22,817 nt of DNA from a virus (Duplodnaviria; Heunggongvirae; Uroviricota; Caudoviricetes): positions 1 through 22,817 of IMG/VR virus record IMGVR_UViG_3300013126_000015, one strand, 5' to 3'. Both the position numbers and the translations under genes were made by a program. Shown here piece by piece: positions 1 through 7,657 of this stretch (position 1 is its first letter; every line of letters starts with the position of its first letter). Under the pieces are notes generated by a model, which did not search any database, was not told the origin of the DNA, and worked only from the letters and a program-made list of their open reading frames with translations.

Positions 1-210
1 AATGGTCCTGCTATAATCTATTATAACGAAAATGGTAATATACAATATGAAGCATATATCATCAATGGATCAAGACATAACAACAATGGTCCTGCAGTAA
101 TCAGCTATTTCGAAAACGGCACCATCAATGTAGAAGAATTCTGGATTAATGGCACAGAATTAGAAAAACTACAATTCTGGATTCATAAAAAGAACTTGGC
201 TACTTCATAA
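1..210 (+). CDS. 5'-truncated H-x-x-x-G-P-A (MORN-variant / YwqK-like) repeat protein
   Basis: Frame 1 is open from base 1 to TAA at 208-210 (NGPAIIYYNENGNIQYEAYIINGSRHNNNGPAVISYFENG...LEKLQFWIHKKNLATS). It is a clear paralog of 256..543 and is missing from the ORF track. Confidence 0.85.
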   Translation, partial: NGPAIIYYNENGNIQYEAYIINGSRHNNNGPAVISYFENGTINVEEFWINGTELEKLQFWIHKKNLATS

Positions 211-255
211 TATTATGGTATAATAAAAACATACCAATCATTTGAAGATGACATT

Positions 256-543
256 ATGAATAAACCAATCATAACCTATTACGACAATGGTAATATAAAA
301 TCTAAATCATATTTAATCAATGGATTAAGACATAACGATAATGGTCCTGCTTATACCAGCTATTGCGAGAATGGTAATATACAATATGAAGCATATATCA
401 TCAATGACCAATTACATAACGATAATGGTCCTGCATCAATCTATTATTCCGATAATGGTAATATAATATCTGAATCATATTGGATCAATGACATTCAACT
501 CGAAAAACTACAATTCTGGATTCATAAACATAACCTACCATAA
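256..543 (+). CDS. H-x-x-x-G-P-A (MORN-variant / YwqK-like) beta-hairpin repeat protein
   Basis: Repeated YY-x-NGNI and HNDNGPA units; shares the C-terminal LEKLQFWIHK with 1..210. Confidence 0.85.
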   Translation: MNKPIITYYDNGNIKSKSYLINGLRHNDNGPAYTSYCENGNIQYEAYIINDQLHNDNGPASIYYSDNGNIISESYWINDIQLEKLQFWIHKHNLP

Positions 544-965
544 ATTCCTAATAGCCTCTTCCTCACCCATTCCCCACTATACCCTATACCATTACCTATC
601 TCTTTATTACTCTTTCCAAGTAACTTCCCTATCAATATCTCTCGATTATCTTCACTATCCATCATCCCAACTATATCTATTAATAATCCAGCATCATAAT
701 CATCATCCTCTAACTCTTCCACTATATCATCAATATCTTCATAATCCAATACAAGGTTCCTCTTTAAATATCTGTTCATACTATCTAATATATACATATG
801 CGCGTAACTTATAAAACTTAGTCCATATGATTCATCATAATTACTCCTCGCTCTATATAACGATAATATCCCCTCATGTACTAAATCCATCCTCTCTATC
901 GTACTAGGTAAATATCTATAACGATAACTTAACCTCTCTACATACCATATACTCTCTAATATCAT
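522..965 (-). CDS. Compact sigma-70-family RNA polymerase sigma factor (region 2 plus region 4-like HTH)
   Basis: DLVHEGILSLYRARSNYDESYGLSFISYAHMYI matches the region 2.2-2.4 pattern (DLxQEGxxGLxxAxxxFDxxxGxxFxTYAxxxI). REILIGKLLGKSNKEIGNGIGYSGEWVRKRL resembles the region 4.2 HTH. Confidence 0.8.
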   Translation of the reverse strand: MILESIWYVERLSYRYRYLPSTIERMDLVHEGILSLYRARSNYDESYGLSFISYAHMYILDSMNRYLKRNLVLDYEDIDDIVEELEDDDYDAGLLIDIVGMMDSEDNREILIGKLLGKSNKEIGNGIGYSGEWVRKRLLGIYGRLCL

Positions 966-1094
966 CTCATATCCTTTATTATTTTTCTTAGTATACTATT
1001 ATAGCACTTTTTCTTATTTTTATTTCCCTTTTTGACATCTTTATGATAATTTTTTTATCTTTATCATTATTTTTAAAATTTTAACCTTAAAAAA

Positions 1095-1136
1095 CCTTTA
1101 AAATCAATAGGTTATATAAGGTGTTGATTTTAAAGG
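1095..1136. repeat. 13-bp perfect inverted repeat
   Basis: CCTTTAAAATCAA (1095-1107) / TTGATTTTAAAGG (1124-1136), 16-nt spacer, in an AT-rich divergent intergenic region. Confidence 0.9.
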
Positions 1137-1268
1137 GAAAATGGTGGTCATTGAGGGCCTATAGTGTCGAGTCGAAACTAACCCATCCCTGACACTAGAC
1201 TGCATAAGAATCGTTAAAAGAATGTTTGTATATAGTAAAAACAGTTGCTATAATGAATAAATAGAAAT

Positions 1269-1472
1269 ATGAGTAAACCATTCAAAGGTGAAATAACATT
1301 TCAGAGTCATAGTGTCACGGTAGAATTACTGGAAGATAGGATATATTGTTTCAAGCACAATGATACTAATTGTGAGATGAAGATATTTGATGATTTTGAT
1401 ACAATGATAGAATGGACGTTAGAACCATTTCCGAATATTAGGTATACATTGGTATTAGATAAGGAGGAATAA
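1269..1472 (+). CDS. Hypothetical protein
   Basis: 67-aa ORF downstream of a TTGTAT-N17-TATAAT-like promoter; its stop overlaps the next start. Confidence 0.7.
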   Translation: MSKPFKGEITFQSHSVTVELLEDRIYCFKHNDTNCEMKIFDDFDTMIEWTLEPFPNIRYTLVLDKEE

Positions 1473-1678
1473 TGTATCGAGTTATTAACACTATGGTAGA
1501 TAGGATAGTAGAAGAACGATTAACCTATGAAGAAGCATTAGAGATTATGCATACATTAAATGATACACCTAATAGGAAATTAATAGCAAGGAGTTGGTAT
1601 CAAAATATAGAACGAGAGTTATATAAAGATACTAGTGGTAATAAGATATATGGACCATATGTAATCAAGGTAGAATGA
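1472..1678 (+). CDS. Hypothetical protein
   Basis: 68-aa ORF with AAGGAGG RBS and TAATG stop/start overlap. Confidence 0.75.
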   Translation: MYRVINTMVDRIVEERLTYEEALEIMHTLNDTPNRKLIARSWYQNIERELYKDTSGNKIYGPYVIKVE

Positions 1679-2239
1679 TTATTTATTTTTTAGATATTCG
1701 ATAGCAATATGACAAGCATCCTGATGAAGAGTGATGCCAGCATTTTGATATAGATATTCAATAGTAACATGATTAGATAATGCGGAACGATAAGGACGAT
1801 CAGTAGACATTGCATCGACTATATCAGCGACAGCGATGATTTGAGCTTCTAGCATGATATTGGATATACCATAAGGATACCCTGAGCCATCAAGACGTTC
1901 ATGATGTTGTAGAACGATATCAGCTAATGGGTATATCCACTTTATTTTTGATAAGATATCATAACCTAGAATTACATGACGTTTTAATAATGCTAATTCT
2001 TCATTTGATAATTTTCCAGGTTTAATTAATATTTCGATAGGTAGAGCGATTTTACCGATATCATGAACCATGCTTCCCCAATAGATAATATCTTTTAAAG
2101 TATCTGATAAGTTTAATTCATTACAAATATGAGTAGAGATAGTTGCCACATTTTCAGAATGAGTAAAAGAATAATAATCTTTTAAAGAGAAAGCATGTAA
2201 TAAAGTTTCTAAGAATTGTTTTTGTTCTGTTAGTGTCAT
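1679..2239 (-). CDS. Stand-alone HD-GYP domain metal-dependent phosphodiesterase (cyclic dinucleotide PDE family)
   Basis: Contains HSENVA, HDIGK, HHERLDGSGYP, AVADIVDAM and RPYR, the full HD-GYP signature, with no sensor domain. Confidence 0.92.
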   Translation of the reverse strand: MTLTEQKQFLETLLHAFSLKDYYSFTHSENVATISTHICNELNLSDTLKDIIYWGSMVHDIGKIALPIEILIKPGKLSNEELALLKRHVILGYDILSKIKWIYPLADIVLQHHERLDGSGYPYGISNIMLEAQIIAVADIVDAMSTDRPYRSALSNHVTIEYLYQNAGITLHQDACHIAIEYLKNK

Positions 2240-2246
2240 AGTATGG

Positions 2247-2329
2247 AGAGTTCCCGCTGCGGTATCTACATTATGTATTTATCCTGTATTTAATGGTTTC
2301 TTAATGTAGAGTTCCCGCTGCGGTATCTA
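2247..2329 (+). repeat. Two identical 22-bp direct repeats AGAGTTCCCGCTGCGGTATCTA, 61-bp period
   Basis: Copies at 2247-2268 and 2308-2329; the core also occurs four times at 9201-9349. Confidence 0.95.
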
Positions 2330-2407
2330 TGAAATGATGATATGAAACCGAAAGTAGTTGACAAATATTAAATATTGAGATAAGATAAAACATTGGAGGT
2401 GATAATA

Positions 2408-2536
2408 ATGAAAAGGTTCAAAACAAGAGAACATCGAGTATTATTTTTATCTGGATTATATAAGCAGAAGATAGTAGAATCGAAGTTGGTATATAAACGA
2501 GAAAAGAAACATAGAGGAAAGAGTGATGACGAATAG
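2408..2536 (+). CDS. 42-aa basic peptide with weak ArfA-like pattern (not in ORF track)
   Basis: Promoter TTGACA(2358)-N17-TAAGAT, RBS GGAGGT (2395-2400), then MKRFKTREHRVLFLSGLYKQKIVESKLVYKREKKHRGKSDDE. It overlaps the next start. Confidence 0.7.
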   Translation: MKRFKTREHRVLFLSGLYKQKIVESKLVYKREKKHRGKSDDE

Positions 2537-2858
2537 ATATGAATATATTGGCACAGAAGCTGGAGCCATTCTTATGGTGGATAGTAATGGGATGAAAGAA
2601 TTATTTTCATGTGATAGTAATCCATATATTGACAAGGGTGATTTTTATGCATCATTAGGAACAACCTGTGATCGATTTTCATTTGATCAATTCATCAATA
2701 ATGTTGAGTTGCCATGGTGGATGAGTATTAAGGGAACAGTTGAAGATAGTGGCGAAGGTTATGTAATTAATCCGGTTACTAGTATATATTGGTATGATAG
2801 TTCCCATGATGTATGGATCACTACTGCAGAGAACATGATGTATCATATTTTTAAATAG
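2523..2858 (+). CDS. Hypothetical protein
   Basis: 111-aa ORF (GTG 2523 or ATG 2526), apparently coupled to the upstream peptide. Confidence 0.75.
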   Translation: MMTNRYEYIGTEAGAILMVDSNGMKELFSCDSNPYIDKGDFYASLGTTCDRFSFDQFINNVELPWWMSIKGTVEDSGEGYVINPVTSIYWYDSSHDVWITTAENMMYHIFK

Positions 2859-3142
2859 TATTGATTCGATATTATTGATAATGATATTCAATAACTATTG
2901 TGAATGATAATGATTATTGACTGATTATTGAATGATAATGATTCTTGTTATATATTAATTATTAAAGAGCGATACTAAATGGTAAGCACATATTGATGAT
3001 ATTGTCAAGTATTATATTTGAAGAATTCATTGTGTGATGTTCTCTTTTATGATACACATACTTTGGGAAAAAAGTCAATACTTGACAAAAAAATAAAAAT
3101 GTGTATAATAACGTTGTGGGAGAATGGTTGTTATATATAAAC

Positions 3143-3190
3143 GCGAAGCAGCCTTCCGGGACCTCCTGGACTCGTAGTCGGCATCACCCG
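3143..3190. ncRNA. Repeated GC-rich hairpin element, copy A (candidate small RNA; strand unresolved)
   Basis: GCGAAGCAGCCTTCCGGGACCTCCTGGACTCGTAGTCGGCATCACCCG, between + promoter TTGACA(3082)/TATAAT(3104) and - promoter (TGTCAA 3262-3267). Confidence 0.55.
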
Positions 3191-3363
3191 TACATCCTCA
3201 TTTAATTTCCTTTTACCCTTTCCTTTTAATCTGGGTATATTATTTCATATAATGCTCTAGATGTCAAGTGGTATTTTGAAAAAAATATTGCTAAAATGAA
3301 TGATTGACAAAATGGGTTGATCATGTATACTATATTAAAACATCAAGATGAATTGGAGCAAAT

Positions 3364-4254
3364 ATGTTTGAGCATATTACGTATCGTATTATTGGACCAT
3401 CTGACGGTAAGCAGCTTGTGAGTACTGGAAGAGAGAATGCTATAAAGGTGATGGATAATGTTATCACCAATGTAGAAACAGATGAAGAGATAATAGAGAG
3501 GATGCGTGTACGGTTTAATGTATTGGTTGACATGACCAAAGCGGTAAAGAAGGGTCATGTTAGATCGATGATTGTATCGGGACCTCCAGGAGTAGGCAAA
3601 TCATTTGGAGTTGAACAAGAATTAAGTAAGAATAAACTGATAGCTGAATTGGCCAGTAATGAATCATTGAAAAAATATGATATTGTAAAAGGATCAATGA
3701 CAGCATTAGGATTGTATGCTAAATTGTATCAATATAGACATGATCGTAATGTATTAGTGTTTGATGATTGTGATGAAATATTCTGGGATGTGGTATGCAT
3801 GAATTTATTAAAGGCAGCATTAGACAGTTCTAGAACCAGAAGGATAAATTGGTTAGCTGATAGTAACATGTTGCGGAAAGAAGATATCCCACATTCATTT
3901 GATTTTCATGGTGGAATTATATTTATTACTAATATGGATTTTGAAAAAGCCAGTCCAAAAATGAAACCACATGTAGAGGCATTGGAATCACGAAGTCATT
4001 ATTTAGACTTGACAATTAAGACAGAACGTGAGAAGATGTTAAGAATAAAGCAGATAATCATGGATGGAATGTTAGATGATTTAAGCTTGACAGACAACCA
4101 AAAGGATGATATCATAACTTATATAACTGATAACAAAACGAGATTGAGAGATTTATCATTAAGAACGGTATTAAAGACTGCTGGATTAGTAGCATCATTT
4201 CCTGATAGATGGCAATCTGTAGCGGAAATGACAATGATTAAAAAGAGCCGATAG
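3364..4254 (+). CDS. AAA+ family ATPase (phage type)
   Basis: Walker A GPPGVGKS, Walker B LVFDD, sensor FITN, Arg-finger ALESR; own promoter at 3304 and GGAG RBS. Confidence 0.9.
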   Translation: MFEHITYRIIGPSDGKQLVSTGRENAIKVMDNVITNVETDEEIIERMRVRFNVLVDMTKAVKKGHVRSMIVSGPPGVGKSFGVEQELSKNKLIAELASNESLKKYDIVKGSMTALGLYAKLYQYRHDRNVLVFDDCDEIFWDVVCMNLLKAALDSSRTRRINWLADSNMLRKEDIPHSFDFHGGIIFITNMDFEKASPKMKPHVEALESRSHYLDLTIKTEREKMLRIKQIIMDGMLDDLSLTDNQKDDIITYITDNKTRLRDLSLRTVLKTAGLVASFPDRWQSVAEMTMIKKSR

Positions 4255-4264
4255 GTACAATAGT

Positions 4265-4672
4265 ATGAAACCATTAGCTATACTGAAACAATTATCAGAA
4301 CATGAAACTGATGTAATCAATCATAAATTCATTACTGAACATGAAATTACGGTATCAGCTGATGTTTATTGGAATTGGTTCAAACAATTTAATATAGTAA
4401 AGGTTCATCATAGGGATAATGGGTTATCATTATATTTTGATATCCAGGAATCATGTGACAAGTTTATGGAAGTACTTTTGCGGCATGAGCTTACTATATC
4501 GAAAGAATATTTTGACAAGATACCTGATGATATGATAGAATCAGAATATCATCAGGTATTTAACATGATTGAAACGGTACCGGTAGATTTAGTATATATT
4601 ATATGTTTACCAACTAATAAAAGATTACAATTACGTGATCATGCACGACAACAAGTTGCTCCCTGGTTCTAG
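4265..4672 (+). CDS. Hypothetical protein
   Basis: 135-aa ORF 10 bp after the ATPase, followed by a terminator-like hairpin. Confidence 0.75.
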   Translation: MKPLAILKQLSEHETDVINHKFITEHEITVSADVYWNWFKQFNIVKVHHRDNGLSLYFDIQESCDKFMEVLLRHELTISKEYFDKIPDDMIESEYHQVFNMIETVPVDLVYIICLPTNKRLQLRDHARQQVAPWF

Positions 4673-4714
4673 ATAATTAATTGTCTCCTTATGGAATTAT
4701 CTAGAACCTTTTTT
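4667..4714 (+). terminator. Probable intrinsic terminator
   Basis: TTCTAGATAATT (4667-4678) / AATTATCTAGAA (4695-4706), followed by CC and a T-run. Confidence 0.6.
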
Positions 4715-4867
4715 GGAGTTGACATGATATATGAATCATGTTAATATAAGAATACATCAACGCACTTTCGAATATATCACTATGATGGTATATTGGTAGC
4801 AAGGTCCAATCATAGTTGGATTAAAGTGTAATAAACTATGAAACAAATAGTTGACAACAGATTAAAA

Positions 4868-5292
4868 ACGTAGTATCATTTAAATATACCTTAACAACAA
4901 CGGAGCATTCCAAATGAGTATTACTGTAGAATTTAGTAAAGATATTGCTGATAATGAAATAATGACGTGGAAAATAAATGGTGTGATTCATAAAGAAGAT
5001 GGACCTGCCATTATATGTGAAAATGGATATCAAGAATGGTATCTCTATGATCAGTTACATCGTTTAGATGGCCCAGCTATTATTCATCCACAAGGATATA
5101 ATGAATGGTATTATAATGGAAAACTTCATAGAATGGATGGAACGGCACTGGATCATCCTCATGTAAAAAAATGGTATATCCACGGTACTGAGTTAACTGA
5201 ACAACAATTTAATAAATTTATCTTGACAATAATCTGAATACGTAGTATCATTTAAATATACCTTAACAACAACGGAGCATTCCAAATGAGTA
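4868..5292 (+). repeat. 53-bp identical direct repeats (4868-4920, 5240-5292) containing -10 box, leader, RBS and start codon
   Basis: ACGTAGTATCATTTAAATATACCTTAACAACAACGGAGCATTCCAAATGAGTA occurs twice, each after TTGACA (4851, 5223) at 17-bp spacing. Confidence 0.95.
4914..5237 (+). CDS. H-R/K-x-D-G-P-A repeat protein
   Basis: HKEDGPA, HRLDGPA and HRMDGTA repeats with EWY-x-x-G/D units; same repeat class as 256..543. Confidence 0.85.
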   Translation: MSITVEFSKDIADNEIMTWKINGVIHKEDGPAIICENGYQEWYLYDQLHRLDGPAIIHPQGYNEWYYNGKLHRMDGTALDHPHVKKWYIHGTELTEQQFNKFILTII

Positions 5293-6383
5293 AAGAAGTA
5301 GAAATCGTAACAAGAGCAGTTGGACCAAATGGTGCGAAACGCGCATTGCGCAGAGCATTCAAAGCCCAACGTCCAATTTTCCTATGGGGTGCTCCTGGAC
5401 TGGGTAAATCAGATATTATTAAACAATTGGGTTATGAACTGGAAGCTCCGGTTATTGACATTCGATTGTCACTGTGGGAACCCACCGATATCAAGGGTAT
5501 TCCATACTTCAATCCTGAGTCACATACGATGGAATGGGCACCACCAATGGAATTGCCCAATGAAGAGTTTGCATCGAAACATGATAAAGTTATCTTGTTT
5601 CTGGATGAAATGAACTCTGCAGCACCATCAGTTCAAGCAGCTGCATATCAGTTGGTATTGAACCGTAAAGTCGGTACCTATACCTTGCCAGACAATGTAT
5701 TGTTGGTTGCTGCTGGTAATCGTGATGCTGATAAAGGTGTTACTTACCGTATGCCAGCACCATTGGCAAATCGTTTCGTTCACTTGGAAATGAAAGTTGA
5801 TTTCGACGATTGGTTCCAATGGTCAACATTGAATAAAATTCATAAAGATGTTGTGGGTTTCTTGACCTTCTCTAAAAAGGATCTGTATGATTTTGATCCT
5901 AAAAGTTCAAGTAAAGCATTTGCAACACCACGTTCATGGTCATTTGTATCAGAACTGTTGTTCGATGATGATGAAGATGTCAACGTATTGACTGACCTGA
6001 TTGCTGGTTCAATTGGTGAAGGTCTTGCAGTCAAGTTTATGGCACATCGTAAGATTGCAGGTAAGTTGCCTGATCCACGTGACATTTTGACTGGTAAAGT
6101 AACCAAGTTGCAAACCACTGAAATTTCAGCGATGTATTCATTGACTATCAGTTTGTGTTATGAACTGAAAGAAGCCAGTGACAAAAAAGATAAAGACTGG
6201 AACAAATATGTCAACAACTTCTTCAAATTTGTCATGGGCAATTTTGAAACAGAGTTGGTAATCATGGGTACCAGATTGGCACTGACACAATATCAATTGC
6301 CATTCGATCCAGATGACATTGATTGCTTCGATGATTTCAATGATCGCTACAGCAAGTTTATCGCAGCTTCACAAAGTAGATAA
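5286..6383 (+). CDS. MoxR-like AAA+ ATPase
   Basis: Walker A GAPGLGKS, Walker B LFLDEMN, AGNR, LANRF and TPRSW motifs; adjacent to a vWA gene. Confidence 0.9.
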   Translation: MSKEVEIVTRAVGPNGAKRALRRAFKAQRPIFLWGAPGLGKSDIIKQLGYELEAPVIDIRLSLWEPTDIKGIPYFNPESHTMEWAPPMELPNEEFASKHDKVILFLDEMNSAAPSVQAAAYQLVLNRKVGTYTLPDNVLLVAAGNRDADKGVTYRMPAPLANRFVHLEMKVDFDDWFQWSTLNKIHKDVVGFLTFSKKDLYDFDPKSSSKAFATPRSWSFVSELLFDDDEDVNVLTDLIAGSIGEGLAVKFMAHRKIAGKLPDPRDILTGKVTKLQTTEISAMYSLTISLCYELKEASDKKDKDWNKYVNNFFKFVMGNFETELVIMGTRLALTQYQLPFDPDDIDCFDDFNDRYSKFIAASQSR

Positions 6384-6400
6384 TTGGATTACATTATAGC

Positions 6401-6430
6401 AGAATGGGGCAGATAATGCCCCATTCTTTT
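6401..6430 (+). terminator. Intrinsic terminator
   Basis: AGAATGGGGCA-GATAA-TGCCCCATTCT followed by a T-run, immediately before TTGACA (6432). Confidence 0.85.
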
Positions 6431-6487
6431 ATTGACAAAATAACAGAATGTTGCTATAATTAAATAATAGTAAACGGAGACAACAAC

Positions 6488-7657
6488 ATGTCAAGAGCAA
6501 TTGAATCAGTAGCAGATAAATTAACGACAGCAAAAGTAAAATTGCTGTTTAGTCATCCATTTTTTGGAAATCTTGCTACCAGACTAAAAGTAAAAGATGC
6601 ATCAGAATGGTGCAATACATTAGCAACTGATGGTCGTAATTTATATTACAATCATGAATTTCTTGACAAATTGTCAATTAATGAAATCGAATTCGGGGTT
6701 GCTCATGAGCTATTGCATAATGTGTTTGACCATATGCGAAGAGTTGATAATCGTGATCGGAAGATTTGGAACTTTGCAACCGACTTTGCAGTAAATGGTC
6801 AATTGGTTCGAGATAAGATTGGAACGGTACCACATACCATCAATATCTTACATGATGCAAAATATTATGGAATGGGTTCAGAAGAAATATATGATGAACT
6901 CATTGAAAAACATAAAGACATGTTGGATAAGTTGGGACAATTGTTAGATGATCATATTGATTGGTCTAATGAAGATGGTAATGCTGATCCTAATCAACCG
7001 ACTTATACCAAAGAAGAATTGCAAGCCATTCGGGATGAAGTGGTTGAATCTGTGATTCAGGCATCACAAACAGCTGGTAATGTTCCAGCCGAGATTGCCC
7101 GATTGATTAAAACGATGACAGAACCAAAAATGAATTGGAGAGAGGTTCTAAGGAATCAAATTCAATCTATTTTGAAAAATGATTTCACATGGCAAAGACC
7201 ATCACGAAAAACGATGGCATATGGTATTTACCTACCATCATCAAATCATGATGAAACCATTGACATTTGTATTGCAATTGATATGTCAGGAAGTATTACA
7301 GATCAACAAGCTGGTATCTTCTTGAGTGAAATTCAAGGCATTATGGATGAATATAAAGAGTACAAGATTAAACTTTGGACATTTGATACCAAAGTTTATA
7401 ATGAACAAGACTTTTCATCTGATCAAGGTGATGATTTATCTGACTATGAAGTCATTGGAGGTGGTGGAACATCATTCGAATGTAACTGGGAATATATGAA
7501 AGAAAATAATATTGAACCTAAAAAGTTCATTATGTTCACGGATATGTATCCAAATTCCAGTTGGGGCGATGAAGATTACTGTGACACTATATTTTTGGGT
7601 CATGGAACAACTTCAATTGTTGCTCCATTTGGGACCACTATTTATTACGAAGATTGA
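6488..7657 (+). CDS. Putative metallopeptidase (HExxH) plus vWA domain protein, DUF2201-like MoxR partner
   Basis: N-terminal PFFG/ATDG, HELLH zincin motif; C-terminal MIDAS DMSGS, GGGGT and FTD. Confidence 0.88.
   Translation: MSRAIESVADKLTTAKVKLLFSHPFFGNLATRLKVKDASEWCNTLATDGRNLYYNHEFLDKLSINEIEFGVAHELLHNVFDHMRRVDNRDRKIWNFATDFAVNGQLVRDKIGTVPHTINILHDAKYYGMGSEEIYDELIEKHKDMLDKLGQLLDDHIDWSNEDGNADPNQPTYTKEELQAIRDEVVESVIQASQTAGNVPAEIARLIKTMTEPKMNWREVLRNQIQSILKNDFTWQRPSRKTMAYGIYLPSSNHDETIDICIAIDMSGSITDQQAGIFLSEIQGIMDEYKEYKIKLWTFDTKVYNEQDFSSDQGDDLSDYEVIGGGGTSFECNWEYMKENNIEPKKFIMFTDMYPNSSWGDEDYCDTIFLGHGTTSIVAPFGTTIYYED

Noticed and set aside
1-543. Diversity-generating retroelement TR/VR pair
   Set aside because: Differences between the paralogs are not adenine-specific, both copies are coding, and there is no reverse transcriptase in the window.
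2860-2945. Short GATTATTG/AATGATAATG and AATCATTCTCATTTT (9891, 9920) repeats as functional arrays
   Set aside because: They are low-complexity AT-rich duplications with no regular period or structure.
3143-3190. Hammerhead or HDV-like ribozyme, c-di-GMP-I or cobalamin riboswitch as the identity of the three-copy element
   Set aside because: Resemblances are partial (GUGAUG, GUCCAGGAG, GCAGCCUUCCGG). The required cores and helix topology could not be built on either strand.
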